Shown here: positions 30,146-41,101 of the stretch, in pieces
How positions within the stretch are numbered: position 1 is the first letter of the stretch
Layout: the number at the start of each line of letters is the position of its first letter
NCBI GenBank assembly: GCA_963755025.1
Contig: CAVWIH010000014.1
Span: forward strand, 320,001-384,000
From: an uncultured Actinomycetes bacterium
GTDB taxonomy: Bacteria > Actinomycetota > Thermoleophilia > UBA2241
Reading direction: 5' to 3'
Length of the DNA: 64,000 nucleotides
Program-made: the position numbers and the translations under genes
The notes under the pieces: generated by a model
Told to the model about the DNA's origin: nothing
The model's database searches: none
What the model saw: the letters and a program-made list of their open reading frames with translations, nothing else

Positions 30146-30943
30146 ATGGACCGACTGCGTTTCGCCACGTTTCTCGCCCCCGCCCTGTTGCCGGTCTACC
30201 AGGCCTTGAGCGACGAGGTCGGCCGCCGGCTCGGGGTCGCGACGGAGCTCGTGGTCGAGACCGACGCCGCGGCTTGGACGACCGACAGAAACGACGTCTG
30301 CTTCATCTGCAGCCTGCCGTACGTCTGGTACGAGCGCCGCGGCGTCGCGCCGGCCGTGCCCGTCGCCGCGCCGGTGCTCGAAGGCGCCCGCTACGCCGGC
30401 AAGCCGATCTACTACTCCGACGTCATCGTCCCCAGCGCCAGCGCGGCCACGTCGTTCCTCGACCTGCGCGACCGTACCTGGGCGTGCAGCGAACCACTCT
30501 CGCACTCGGGCTACGGCATCACGCGCTACCACCTGGTCGCGATCGCCCAGACCGCCGGCTTCTTTGGCCGGGTCGTCGAGACGGGCTCGCATGCCGAGTC
30601 GCTGCGCCTGGTCGCCGAAGGCGCGGTGGACGGCGCGGCCATCGACTCGCAGGTGCTCGCCGTGGCGACGCGCGACGACCCGGCGCTGGGCCGCTCCCTG
30701 CGCGTGGTCGACGCGCTCGGACCATCGACCAGCCAGCCGGTGACCGTCTCCAAACGGCTGCCGCCGGCGCTGCGCGACGAGATCGGCCGGGCCCTGACGT
30801 CGGCGCACGAGGAGCCGCTCGTGCGCGCGCGACTGGAGATGGGTCTGGTCAGGCGCTTCGTGGCCGCCGGACCGTCGTCTTACGACGACATCCGCCGGAT
30901 GCTGTCCGCCTGCGAGGCGGCCGGGTTCCTGCGGCTCAGGTGA
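30146..30943 (+). CDS. PhnD/SsuA/transferrin-like substrate-binding fold protein with no signal peptide
   Basis: YYSDVIV, SHSGY, GSHAES, DGAAIDS motifs; GAAGGAG RBS. Confidence 0.88.
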   Translation: MDRLRFATFLAPALLPVYQALSDEVGRRLGVATELVVETDAAAWTTDRNDVCFICSLPYVWYERRGVAPAVPVAAPVLEGARYAGKPIYYSDVIVPSASAATSFLDLRDRTWACSEPLSHSGYGITRYHLVAIAQTAGFFGRVVETGSHAESLRLVAEGAVDGAAIDSQVLAVATRDDPALGRSLRVVDALGPSTSQPVTVSKRLPPALRDEIGRALTSAHEEPLVRARLEMGLVRRFVAAGPSSYDDIRRMLSACEAAGFLRLR

Positions 30944-32660
30944 TGGCCGCCCCGGCGAAGGGCACGCGCTGGTCGTGCGTGCTGGCCACGATCACGCGAT
31001 CGCGACCGCCCTCTTTGGCGACGTAGAGCGCGCGGTCGGCCGCGTCGAGCAGCTCGCCGAACCTGTCGTCGAGACGGCTGCGCGAGGCCGTGACCATGCC
31101 GATGCTCACCGTGCAGCGCCACGGCGCCGCCTGACCCCAGGGCGAGCACTGCGGAGTGGAGCTGCGCAGCCGCTCGGCGATGGGCCGCGCCTCGTCGGAG
31201 TCGGTCGCCGGCAGCAGCACGCAGAACTCGTCGCCTCCCAGGCGACCCATGATGTCGCCCTCGCGCAGCTGGCTCTGCCAGCCCGCGGCCACCGCACCGA
31301 GCAGGCGGTCGCCGGCGACGTGGCCGTGCGTGTCGTTGACCACCTTGAGGCGGTCGAGGTCGAGGAGCACGACGGTGAGCGGCTCCCCACGCGCGGCGGC
31401 GCGCGCGACCTCGAGCTCGGCGAGCTCAGTGAAGCGACGCCGGGTCAGGACCCCGGTGAGCCCGTCGGTGGTCGCCAGGCGCAGCGCGTCGTCGAGCAGC
31501 GCTACGCGCTCGGTCACGTCGCACACCACGACGGCCAGGCCGAGCACGGTGCCCGTGCCGCTGATCACCGTGGTCGCCCGCAGGTTCAGGACGTGCGGTG
31601 CGCGCACGGGCGGCGCGGCGTGGTCGAGGGCGGCGTCATCTGAGGCGACGGCATGAGATCCCGCCCCATGAGCGTCGGCGTCGTGAGTGGGCGGAGCGGC
31701 GCTCTCGACGTCCCAGCTGCGGCCCAGGAGACGCTTGCTGTGGCCCGTCTCCGTCAGTCCCCGCGCCGCCTCGTGCAGAACGGCGCCGACGTCGGGCCGC
31801 GCCGCGAAAAGCTCCGCGATGGGCTTGCCGATGCTGTCCGTCGCGAGCTCAGGGAACGAGAGCGCGGCGGCCGGGTTGAAGTCGCGCAGGCGCCCTTGCA
31901 CGTCGAGCACCATGACCCCGTCGGCCAGGTGCTCGATCACCGCGTCGCGCGCCAGCGGCGCCAGGTCGAAGAGCCGGCACGAGAACAGGGCGTAGGCCAT
32001 CAGCAGGCCAGAGACGCTGAGCACCGCCGTGGCCCAGTTGTAGTCGGGCCACGGCGAGACGCGCAAGATATAGGCCGTGCCGCCCGCCAGCGGCAGGATC
32101 GAGGCCACCACCAACGAAAGCGACTGGCGCACGTGGATGCTGTGCGCATGCATCGTGTTGCGCACCAGTAACAGGGCGGCGACCAGCAGGATGACGTACT
32201 CGAAGGGCATCCCGCCAAAGCGCCACAAGGGACCATAGTCGGGGTGCAGCGCGCTGAGCGCGCCGTGCGTGACCACCTGGGGATGACCCCGGAACGACCG
32301 GTAGGGGTTCACGACGATGCCCAGGTAGAGCGCGCCGCCGGCCGCGCCCAGGGCGGCCCACACGGCGCGCGACAGCCCGCGGCGCCTGGTATAGACCATC
32401 ACGACCTGCAGCCAGAACAGCGGCAGCGCGAGCATGGCCGCGTACTCGAGGTCGGCCCACACGATCTTCGCGTGCAGGCCCACGGCCATGAGCTCGAATG
32501 CATACCCGATCGTCCACACGAGCAGCGCCGCCACCGTGGCGGCGAACCAGAGAGCGACGGGTTCGGCGCGGTTGCGCCAGGCCACGATAAGCATGACGGC
32601 GCCGAAGAGCGCCGTGACCACCAGGGGGATGACGAAGGGCGTGTAGTGGTAGTGCGTCAT
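30936..32660 (-). CDS. Diguanylate cyclase with HisKA-N 7TM and PAS domains
   Basis: 7 TM N-terminus, PAS (DGVMVLD...NPAA), DGLTG, REGD I-site, GGDEF. Confidence 0.93.
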   Translation of the reverse strand: MTHYHYTPFVIPLVVTALFGAVMLIVAWRNRAEPVALWFAATVAALLVWTIGYAFELMAVGLHAKIVWADLEYAAMLALPLFWLQVVMVYTRRRGLSRAVWAALGAAGGALYLGIVVNPYRSFRGHPQVVTHGALSALHPDYGPLWRFGGMPFEYVILLVAALLLVRNTMHAHSIHVRQSLSLVVASILPLAGGTAYILRVSPWPDYNWATAVLSVSGLLMAYALFSCRLFDLAPLARDAVIEHLADGVMVLDVQGRLRDFNPAAALSFPELATDSIGKPIAELFAARPDVGAVLHEAARGLTETGHSKRLLGRSWDVESAAPPTHDADAHGAGSHAVASDDAALDHAAPPVRAPHVLNLRATTVISGTGTVLGLAVVVCDVTERVALLDDALRLATTDGLTGVLTRRRFTELAELEVARAAARGEPLTVVLLDLDRLKVVNDTHGHVAGDRLLGAVAAGWQSQLREGDIMGRLGGDEFCVLLPATDSDEARPIAERLRSSTPQCSPWGQAAPWRCTVSIGMVTASRSRLDDRFGELLDAADRALYVAKEGGRDRVIVASTHDQRVPFAGAAIT

Positions 32661-32859
32661 CTACAGGGGTCGCGTCGGCTGTTTGAGCAAATCCCGCACC
32701 TTTGTGTTGTCGGCTTTGGCTGCGCTCGCCTTGAGCGCGGCGCAGCCTCGCAGTCGTCGCCGCCGCGCCGTGTTGCGGCTATCCTAGACGTCGAGAGGCG
32801 CGCCCAGGCCGGCTCCCCGGAGCCGGACAGCGCGCCGCACCCCCCGACGAAAGGCGCTC

Positions 32860-33246
32860 ATGACCGGCTACACCATCCTCAACCTGCTCGAGATCGACGA
32901 CTCGGTCGCCGGACGCATGCCCGGCCTCGAAGGCCGCTTCGCCCGCACCAGCCTCGACTCCCGCGACATCGGCGTCAGTCACTTTCGCTACGCCGCCGAC
33001 CTGCGCTCCAAGATGGGCCATCGTCACGGCGTCCAGGAAGAGGTCTACCTCGTGGTCGCGGGGTCGGGCCAGGTGCTGCTCGACGGCACGGTCCACGAGC
33101 TCCACCAATGGGACCTCGTGCGCGTCGCGCCGCAGGTGGTCAGGGCGTTCGCGGCCGGCCCCGAGGGCCTCGACGTGGTCGCCATCGGCGGACCCAAGCC
33201 CGAAGGCAGCGACGGCGAGATGCTCGAAGTCACGTGGCCTGCCTGA
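32860..33246 (+). CDS. Cupin-domain protein
   Basis: GHRHGVQEEVYLVVAGSG. Confidence 0.88.
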   Translation: MTGYTILNLLEIDDSVAGRMPGLEGRFARTSLDSRDIGVSHFRYAADLRSKMGHRHGVQEEVYLVVAGSGQVLLDGTVHELHQWDLVRVAPQVVRAFAAGPEGLDVVAIGGPKPEGSDGEMLEVTWPA

Positions 33247-33298
33247 GCTGAAGGCGACCCCGTCCCCGGGCCCGGCGGCCCGGCCAGCACATCTGGCC

Positions 33299-33326
33299 GG
33301 CGCCTGACCGGGCCCGGTCAGGCGCC
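33299..33326. terminator. Perfect 28-bp palindrome between convergent genes
   Basis: GGCGCCTGACCGGG-CCCGGTCAGGCGCC. Confidence 0.55.
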
Positions 33327-33336
33327 CGGTCCGCGG

Positions 33337-34509
33337 CTACATCCTGCGGACGACCTCGCCCATCAGGTCCTTCTCCTGCAGGCCGCTCTCGATGTCGGTG
33401 ATGAGCGAACAGCTCGTCGCCCAGAACGAGACGTCGACGCGCTGGCCTTCGTGCCACTCGTCGCGCTCGGTGCGAAAGAGGTTCTGCTGGAGGACCTGGG
33501 CCAGGTGGCGGTCGCCGAGGCTCACGATGAACTGGGTCACCGAGCCGACGTAGACCACCGCTTTGATCACCGCGGCAAAGACGTTCTCGCGATCGCCGGT
33601 CGCCGTGGTGTCGTGCTCGGCGGTAATCAGGAGCTTCTCGGGCCGTACGACGATGCCCACCTTGGCGCCGACCGCCAGGTCATCGTGCCCATGCACGGAG
33701 ACGACGACGCGCAGGCCGCCGGTCGTCACGCACTCGGCGACATCGCCGCGCAGCGCCTTCACTTCCGACGGATAGATGTTCGATACGCCGATGAAGTTGG
33801 CCACGAAGGCCGACTGCGGGTTCTCGTAGATCTCGGCGGGCGAGCTCACCTGCTCGACGACTCCCTGGCTCATGACGGCGATGCGGTCGCTCATGGTGAG
33901 CGCCTCTTCCTGGTCGTGGGTCACGTAGATGAACGTGATGCCGACGTCGCCCTGCAGCTTCTTGAGCTCGAGCTGCATGGCTTTGCGCAGCTTGGCGTCG
34001 AGCGCGCCCAGCGGTTCGTCGAGCAACAGCACGGTGGGCTGGTTGACCAGCGCCCGCGCCAGGGCGACGCGCTGCTGCTGCCCGCCCGACAGCTCGCTCG
34101 GCTTGCGCCGACTCATCTTGTCCATCTCGACCATCTCGAGCGACTCGCCGACGCGCCGCGTCACGTCGGCCCGCGACACGCGCTTGCGTTTCAGGCCGAA
34201 GGCGACGTTCTCCCAGACGTTCAGATGCGGAAAGAGCCCGTAGTTCTGGAACACCGTGTTGACCGGCCGCTTGTAGGGCGGCACGCCCGCCATCGGCGCG
34301 TTCGCCACGTAGATCTCGCCGGCGGTGGGGTGCTCGAACCCCGCCACCATGCGCAACGTCGTCGTCTTGCCGCAGCCCGAGGGACCGAGCAGCGAGAAGA
34401 ACTCGCCGGCGCGCACGCGCAGGTCCATGTCCTTGACGGCCACGTAGTCGCCGAAACGCTTGGTGACGTGCTCCAGCACGACATCGTCCGACCCAGCTTC
34501 TTGCGTCAT
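33337..34509 (-). CDS. potA: Polyamine ABC transporter ATP-binding subunit
   Basis: GPSGCGKTT, VPPYKRPVNTVFQ, LSGGQQQR, LLDEPLGALD, TOBE domain. Confidence 0.93.
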   Translation of the reverse strand: MTQEAGSDDVVLEHVTKRFGDYVAVKDMDLRVRAGEFFSLLGPSGCGKTTTLRMVAGFEHPTAGEIYVANAPMAGVPPYKRPVNTVFQNYGLFPHLNVWENVAFGLKRKRVSRADVTRRVGESLEMVEMDKMSRRKPSELSGGQQQRVALARALVNQPTVLLLDEPLGALDAKLRKAMQLELKKLQGDVGITFIYVTHDQEEALTMSDRIAVMSQGVVEQVSSPAEIYENPQSAFVANFIGVSNIYPSEVKALRGDVAECVTTGGLRVVVSVHGHDDLAVGAKVGIVVRPEKLLITAEHDTTATGDRENVFAAVIKAVVYVGSVTQFIVSLGDRHLAQVLQQNLFRTERDEWHEGQRVDVSFWATSCSLITDIESGLQEKDLMGEVVRRM

Positions 34510-36588
34510 TGCGACGGTGCCTCGCTTTCTGGCCGCGACCCGAACAGGCGCGGCGTCGACCAGGACCAGGTGCGCTCGAAGAACGGCTCGTCGCCGTCGT
34601 GCGCGCTCAGCCGGGTCTCGACGTGGAATGCCTGTTCGTCGCAGCTCATGGTGCTGTCGACCTCGGTGACGGTCCTCCAGCCTGGACCGCCGATCTCCAT
34701 GGTGCGCTCGCAGCGCACGGTGGCCGAGAGCGGGTCGCCCTCGACGATGGCGTAGGTGTTGCGACCCCACTCGCCCACGACCAGCCCCGACGCGGTCAGG
34801 CGCACTCGCCCCGGCAGGCCATCGGGCTCGACCACCAGCTCGACGCGCCGCGAGAGCAGGTCGCGAGTCGTGGTGGCGCGGCCAGCCAGGGTCTCCAGCA
34901 CCTCGATCTCGAGGGGCGGCGCCACCTCGACCGGCGAGAACCGCGGCGCAGCTTCGGCCGCCGGGGCGCGGCGCACGGGCAACGTGAGCCGGCAGGCGCT
35001 GGGGCGCAGCGTGAGGGTCACCGGCTCGGGTGAGGGCCAGACCCACGGCCAGTAGGTCGGCGCCACCGTGAGCCGCAGGCTGTGGCCCTGCGGCACGCGG
35101 TAGCCGATGCTGTTCAGCGTGACCCGCACCGCGTACGGCCGCCCCGGCTCGAGCGCGGCCGGGCGCTCGCGGTCGTCACGATGCTCCAGGTTCAGGACGC
35201 CGCGCGTGACCAGGCTGACCGCGCCCGTGGGGTTCACGTCGCACAGGCGCACCGCCACGAACGCGTGGGGCCGGTCGGCGGCCACCTCGAGGTCGACGGT
35301 GGGAAAGCCCAGGATCTCGAGCGGCTCGTCCAGCGGCGCGGAGTCGAACGCCAGCGCCAGGGCGTCGTCGCCGCGCTGGTCGCCGGGCAGCGCCGCCTTG
35401 CCGGCGTGCGGGCACCACGTGCCCGAGGCGAGGCCCGAAGCCTCCACTCCCCGCACGCTGAGGGTCTCGTCGCCGCCCGCGGGCTGGGTACCGAGCGTGT
35501 GGGCGCCGAAGTGCAGCGTCAGGCCGGAGTCGTCGCGAGCGACCGGCGCGAGCTCGTCTACGCCGACCCAGTGCCCGGCGCGCTGCTCGTACGCCGTGGC
35601 CGGCTCTTCGGCGTCGAGCACGTAGGCCCGCAGCAGGGGTTCGCTCATCACGCCGGTCTCGATGCCCTTGAGCCACTGGTCCCACCAGCGCAGGCACTCC
35701 TGGTTGAAGCCGATCTGCGGACCGGGGGAGGCCTCGTCGGGGTACTGGTGCGCCCAGGGGCCGATCAGGCCGCGGCGCGGCGCGGTGAGGTTGGCGAGCA
35801 GGCGCGACACCGTGTCGTGGTAGGGGTCGGCCCAACCGCCGACCGTGAGCACCGCGCACTCGATGGCGCGGTAGTCCTCGCACACCGAGCCGTGCTTCCA
35901 GTAGTCGTCGTAGAGCTGGTGCGTGAGCCAGGCGTGCACGTACGGCTCGGCCGCCTCGAGACGCTCGCGCCAGCGGGCGCGCCACTCGTCGCCCAGCACC
36001 GCGGGGTCGGGTGGCCGCAGGTTGTAGGCAAAGGCCGTGATGCCCCACGAGAGCATGTCGTAGGCGAGCACGTTGCCGCCGATGTAGTGGCAGTCGCCGG
36101 CGTAGCGGTCGTCGGCGGAATGGACCGTGACGATCGCCTTGAGCTGCCTGGGCCGCAGCGCCGCCACCTGCAGCGCGTTGAAGCCACCCCACGAGTAGCC
36201 CATCATGCCGACCGCGCCGGTGCACCAGGGCTGCTGCTCGAGCCAGGCCAGCACGTCGAGGGCGTCCTCGAGCTCCTGCTCGAGGTACTCGTCGTAGATG
36301 AGGCCGTCGGAGTCGCCCGTGCCGCGCAGGTCGACACGCAGGGCGGCGTAGCCGTGGCCGGCGAAGTAGGGGTGGCGCAGCACGTCGGAGAGGATGGTGC
36401 CGTCGTTCTTACGGTACGGGATGTATTCGAGGATGGCCGGCACCGGGTCGCTGCTCGGCGTCGACCGGCAGCCAGATGCGCGCCGCCAGGCGGCAGCCGT
36501 CGCGCAGCGGGATCCAGGCGTGCTCGACGGTGCGGACCTCGCGCGGGAACTCCGTGCGCACGGTCCTCGGCGGAGCATTCAGTTTCAC
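34506..36588 (-). CDS. CocE/NonD-family hydrolase with an apparent +1 frameshift near 36450
   Basis: N-terminus WIPLRDGCRLAARIWLP in one frame; PAILEYIPYRK, GYSWGG, GGWAD, IGPWAH in another. Confidence 0.88.
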
Positions 36589-36601
36589 CGACGCCTCCCC
36601 A

Positions 36602-37417
36602 CTAGTAGCCAAGGTCCCTGGTGAGGGAACGCTTGCCGGAGCTCGAACGACCCAGTATCCAGACGAACAGGAACGTGATGCCGATCAGCAGGACGGTGAC
36701 GAACGTGCCGATCGCGTTCACCTCGGGCGACACGCGGAAGCGGATCAGGCCGAAGATGAGCAGCGGCAGCGTCGTGACGTGCGAGCCGGCCAGGAAGAAA
36801 GCGGTCACGACGTCGTCGAACGACAGGCTGAAGGCAAGGACGGCGGCCGCCAGTATGCCGGGCAGCAGGCCCGGCAAGGTGACCCTGAAGAAGACGCTTG
36901 CCGGTCTGGCGCCCAGGTCGGCGGCGGCCTCTTCGACCGCCGGGTCGAGCAGCCGCACGCGCGCCTGCAGGATGACGGTGGCAAAGGCCGAGTCCCAGAC
37001 GCTCTGGCCGATGACCGTCGTGGCTATGCCCAGCTGCACGCCGACGCGCGTGAAGATCAGGAACAGGGCGGTCGCCGAGACCACCGCCGGCAGCACAAGG
37101 CGCACGTACACGGAGACGTCGAACACGCGCCGCCCGCGCGGCGTGGCGTGGCGCCACCACAAGACGCCGGTGAGCGCCGCGAACACCGACACCACCGTGG
37201 TCAGCAGGCCCACCTGGAGCGACGTGCCGAGCCCAGAACGCACGCTGGGGTCGCTCACCGCCTGCCTGATCCAGGTCGAGGTGAAGCCGCCCCAGTGCAC
37301 GAGCGTGGAGTCGGCGTTCAGGGCGTTCAGCACCACGACGACGATCGGCAGCCACATGAACACGATGCCGAGGACACCGATCGCGACCACGACGGGGTGC
37401 TTGCGCAGAAAGGTCAT
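36602..37417 (-). CDS. potC: Polyamine ABC transporter permease
   Basis: EEAAADLGA, LSFDDVV, TTLPL, PEVNAI. Confidence 0.92.
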   Translation of the reverse strand: MTFLRKHPVVVAIGVLGIVFMWLPIVVVVLNALNADSTLVHWGGFTSTWIRQAVSDPSVRSGLGTSLQVGLLTTVVSVFAALTGVLWWRHATPRGRRVFDVSVYVRLVLPAVVSATALFLIFTRVGVQLGIATTVIGQSVWDSAFATVILQARVRLLDPAVEEAAADLGARPASVFFRVTLPGLLPGILAAAVLAFSLSFDDVVTAFFLAGSHVTTLPLLIFGLIRFRVSPEVNAIGTFVTVLLIGITFLFVWILGRSSSGKRSLTRDLGY

Positions 37418-38274
37418 GCCCGCCTCGCGCGGCGTAGCAGCGGCTGCACCAGGAGCATGAGGATCACGAGGGCGATGAGGCACATCGCGAGGGCCGAGCC
37501 GAACGACAGGTTGCCGATGTCGAGGAACTGCGTCGCGATGACATTGCCCAGCATCAGCGTCTTGCCGCCGCCGAGGATCTGGGGCGTGACGAACTCGCCG
37601 GTGGCCGGGATGCCGACGAGCAGGGCGCCTGCGATCAGCCCCGGCCGCGCCAGCGGCACGACGATGCGCCACATGAAGTGCCAGCCGTGGCTGCCCAGGT
37701 CTTCGGCGGCCTCGAGCACGGTGGGGTCGAGCCGCTCGAGGGCCACGTAGACCGGCAGGACCATGAGCGGCAGGTAGCCGTAGACGATGCCGATGGCGAT
37801 CGCGGTCGGCGTGTAGAGGATGCCGAGTGAGCCGTGCAGGACGCCGAGGTGGCGCAGCACCGACTCGAGCAGGCCGCCGTTCTGCAGGATGTTCGTCCAG
37901 GCGTAGATACGGATCAGGAAGCTGGTCCAGAAGGGCACGATGACCGCCAGCAGCAGGATCACCTGCACGCGGCCGCGCTGACTGACGATGAAGAAGGCGA
38001 TGGGCACAGCGAGGATGGCGCAGGCGAGGGTCGCGCTCGCCGAGAGGATGAGCGAGCGCTCGATGGTGCCCAGGTAGAGCGAGTCGCGCAGGCTGGTGTA
38101 GTTACCCAGCGTCCAGCCGAAGTGCGTGCCGAAGGTGACGAGGCTCGTCGTGCCCAGAGAGTACAGGGCGATCAGCGCCAGCGGCGCCACGAAGAACAGG
38201 GCGACCAGCAGCACGGTGGGCGCCGCCAACAGCAGGCGCCCACCGTGCAGGCCGAAGTGCGTCGTTCGTTTCAA
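37414..38274 (-). CDS. potB: Polyamine ABC transporter permease
   Basis: PFWTSFLIRIYAW, YLPLMVLP, EAAEDLG. Confidence 0.92.
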   Translation of the reverse strand: MKRTTHFGLHGGRLLLAAPTVLLVALFFVAPLALIALYSLGTTSLVTFGTHFGWTLGNYTSLRDSLYLGTIERSLILSASATLACAILAVPIAFFIVSQRGRVQVILLLAVIVPFWTSFLIRIYAWTNILQNGGLLESVLRHLGVLHGSLGILYTPTAIAIGIVYGYLPLMVLPVYVALERLDPTVLEAAEDLGSHGWHFMWRIVVPLARPGLIAGALLVGIPATGEFVTPQILGGGKTLMLGNVIATQFLDIGNLSFGSALAMCLIALVILMLLVQPLLRRARRA

Positions 38275-38336
38275 GGCAGGTCCGCGCCTCGACTAGCGCT
38301 GGTCTTCGTGCTCGTGACCGGTCGCGCGGCTCGCCG

Positions 38337-39491
38337 TCACGCCGCCTCGAACTTCGCCCAGGCGGTCCCCCACAGGGCGGTCGCCGCGCCGACGAACTGC
38401 GTCCACTCGACCTTTGCGAGCTGCGCCGCGGTGGGCTTGAGGGGAGCGCTGCTGCGCAGACCGGCGGTGACGTACGGATCGGCGGCCGACTCGACCCACG
38501 AGCTGCCCGTCGCGTTGACGAAGGTGGCGTAGACCTTGGGTTCGAGGTGGAAGTTGAGGAACGCATACGCCGTGTCGAGGTGCTTGGCGCCCTTGATGGG
38601 TATGAAGCCCTCGATGTAACCGACCGTGCCCTCGCTTGGCACAACCCAGCCGATGTTCTTGCTCGACTGCATGGCGACCGCGGTGTCGTAGTTGTAGCAA
38701 TGCGCCATGACGATCTCGCCCTTGGCGAGGCCGGTGGACACGTTGACCGACTGCGCGGCCAGCAGGTGCGGCTTGAGCTGGATCAGGGCCTTTGACGCCT
38801 GGTCGAGCTCGGCAGCGCTCGTCGAGTTGGCCGAGTAGCCCAGGTACTTGAGCGCGATGCCCAGCGTGGCGCGGTCGAGATCTTCGACGGTGACCTTGCC
38901 GCTGTATTTGGTCATGGCCAGCTTCCAGAAGTCGGCCCAGCTGGTAAGGGGCTCCGTGACGATGTCTTTGCGGTAGCCGATGACCCCGAACCCGTAGTCG
39001 TTGGGCACGGCGTCGGGATAGTCCTTGCGATAGGTCGCATCGACGTTCGAGATGTTCGGCATGGCCGCCCAGTCCGGCTCCTGGTACACGCCGGCCGCCT
39101 TCATCTGGCCCAGCGTCGGCAGGTCGCCGAGCGCGGCGTCGTACGCCCCCGGGTTGTTCTTGATGAGCTCGACCGTGCCGGCGATGGTGCTCGGCATGCT
39201 GGTGTTCATGTAGATGCTGGCCGTGGGGAACTGCTTGTGAAAGTCGGCGACCTCGTGGGGGCCGATCCAGCCGGGGAAGTTCGAGATCACGGCCTGGCCG
39301 ACTGGCGTGGCCGCGCCGGAGGACGATGCCGACGCAGCCGAGCTCGGCGAGCTGCTGCCGCAGGCGGCGAGGAAGGTTCCGGCGAGCGCCGGCACGGAGA
39401 GCACCAGCGCGCCGCGCGCGAGAAACTGCCGGCGCGAGAGCGGGCCGCTGAAATACCGAGAGAGGTCTGGGGTGCCGGCGTCGTCTGTCAC
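38337..39491 (-). CDS. potD: Polyamine ABC substrate-binding lipoprotein (Tat signal)
   Basis: GTG 39491 after GGAGGAG; SRRQFL plus LAAC lipobox; SWADFW, LGYSANS, VPSEG. Confidence 0.88.
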   Translation of the reverse strand: MTDDAGTPDLSRYFSGPLSRRQFLARGALVLSVPALAGTFLAACGSSSPSSAASASSSGAATPVGQAVISNFPGWIGPHEVADFHKQFPTASIYMNTSMPSTIAGTVELIKNNPGAYDAALGDLPTLGQMKAAGVYQEPDWAAMPNISNVDATYRKDYPDAVPNDYGFGVIGYRKDIVTEPLTSWADFWKLAMTKYSGKVTVEDLDRATLGIALKYLGYSANSTSAAELDQASKALIQLKPHLLAAQSVNVSTGLAKGEIVMAHCYNYDTAVAMQSSKNIGWVVPSEGTVGYIEGFIPIKGAKHLDTAYAFLNFHLEPKVYATFVNATGSSWVESAADPYVTAGLRSSAPLKPTAAQLAKVEWTQFVGAATALWGTAWAKFEAA

Positions 39492-39715
39492 GTCTCCTCC
39501 AAAAGTAGCTCTTGGACGGTATTGTTGAGTGCTCATATCAACATGGCCGCGAATTCTAGTGACGCCTGCGGCAGGGTGCAACCCTGGGGCGGCGACTTCA
39601 CGACAACGACGGCGGGATGAGGTGGGCGTGACCGAAGCGCGTAGAGAGAGCCTCTATAGTCGGCGTTCCGCCCGCACATTTCAAGCGCAGCCGAAGCAAC
39701 CGCTGTTCGCGGCGC

Positions 39716-41065
39716 TCAGGGCACGGCGTCCAGGGCGGCCTGTGACGCCGTTTCGGGCTCGCCGGGCAGCGCACCCTCCAGCGCCTGGTCGAGGTCGCGC
39801 AGCAGATCGCCGGCGTCTTCGGTGCCCACCGAGATGCGCAGGGTGTCTTCGAACACGCCGGCGCGCTCCTGCTCTTCGGCCGTCAGGCCGTGGTGGATCG
39901 ATGTGGCCGGGTGGACGATCATCGACTTGGTGTCGCCCACGTTGACCATGTAGTCGAAGATCCGCACCCGCTCGAGCACGCGCTTGGCGCCGGCCAGCCC
40001 GCCGCGCACGCGCACGCCGAGGATGGCTCCGGAGCCGCGCGGGAAGTACTTCGCCGCAAGCTCGTGATAGGGGCTCGACGGCAGCGACGCATAGGCCACC
40101 TCGAGCACGGCCGGGTGCCCCTCCAGGAACGTGGCCACCTTGAGCGCGTTCTCGGCGTGCCGTTGCATGCGCAGCGACAGGGTCTCGACGCCGTTCAGCG
40201 TGAGGAACGCGGTCATAGGGCTCATGTGGCCACCGAACTCGGCGAGGTACCGCATGCGCAGCCGCCGCGTGAAGGCGGTGTGCTGCAGGGCGCCGGGCTC
40301 GATGTAGCGCGCGTTGTCGTCGAGGAAGCGCGCGAACTGCGGAAAGCGTCCGTTGCGCCAGTCGAACCCGCCCTTCTCGACGACGATCCCGCCGATCGTC
40401 GTGCCGTGGCCCGAGATGTACTTGGTCGAGGAGTGGCAGACGATGTCGGCGCCGAAGTCGAAGGGACGCAACAGGTACGGCGTGGCGAACGTGCCGTCGA
40501 CCACCAGAGGCACGCCGTGCTCGTGGGCGATCGCCGCGACCGCCTCGATGTCGACGACGTTCACCGACGGGTTGCCGAGGCTCTCGATGTAGAGCGCCTT
40601 CGTCCTGCCCGTGATGGCGGCCGCATAGGAGCGCAAGTCGCCGGGGTCGGCGATCCAGTTGGTGGTGATGCCGTAGTCGGGGAGCACGTCGGCGAGCAGG
40701 GTCGTGGTGCCGCCGTACAGCGTCTGCACCGCAGCGATCTCGTCGCCTGCCTGCGCCAGGTTGAGCAGCGTGCCCGAGATGGCGCTCATGCCCGAGGCCA
40801 GGCAGACGGCCGCGGCGCCTCGCTCGAGCGCGGCCATGCGCTTCTCGAGGACGTCGTTCGTCGGGTTCGAGAATCGCACGTAGGAGTGCCCTTCCTCTTC
40901 GTAGTTGAAGAGGCGCGTGCAACGGTCGAAGTCGCCGAGCTCGAAGGCCGCGGTCTGGTACACGGGCACCGCTTTTGAGCCGTTGTGCCCGGCGGGGTCG
41001 TAGCCGGCGTGGAGCTGGAGCGTGTCGAACGCCAGGCTGTCGTCGCTGTGGGCGTCGTAGGCCAC
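39716..41065 (-). CDS. metY: O-acetylhomoserine aminocarboxypropyltransferase (sulfhydrylase)
   Basis: FDTLQLHAG, PVYQT, HSSTKYISGHG (PLP Lys), NVGDTKS, LRISVG. Confidence 0.92.
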   Translation of the reverse strand: MAYDAHSDDSLAFDTLQLHAGYDPAGHNGSKAVPVYQTAAFELGDFDRCTRLFNYEEEGHSYVRFSNPTNDVLEKRMAALERGAAAVCLASGMSAISGTLLNLAQAGDEIAAVQTLYGGTTTLLADVLPDYGITTNWIADPGDLRSYAAAITGRTKALYIESLGNPSVNVVDIEAVAAIAHEHGVPLVVDGTFATPYLLRPFDFGADIVCHSSTKYISGHGTTIGGIVVEKGGFDWRNGRFPQFARFLDDNARYIEPGALQHTAFTRRLRMRYLAEFGGHMSPMTAFLTLNGVETLSLRMQRHAENALKVATFLEGHPAVLEVAYASLPSSPYHELAAKYFPRGSGAILGVRVRGGLAGAKRVLERVRIFDYMVNVGDTKSMIVHPATSIHHGLTAEEQERAGVFEDTLRISVGTEDAGDLLRDLDQALEGALPGEPETASQAALDAVP

Positions 41066-41101
41066 CGCAGGGTCCTTTCTCGGGCCTAGTCGAACGGGGT
41101 C

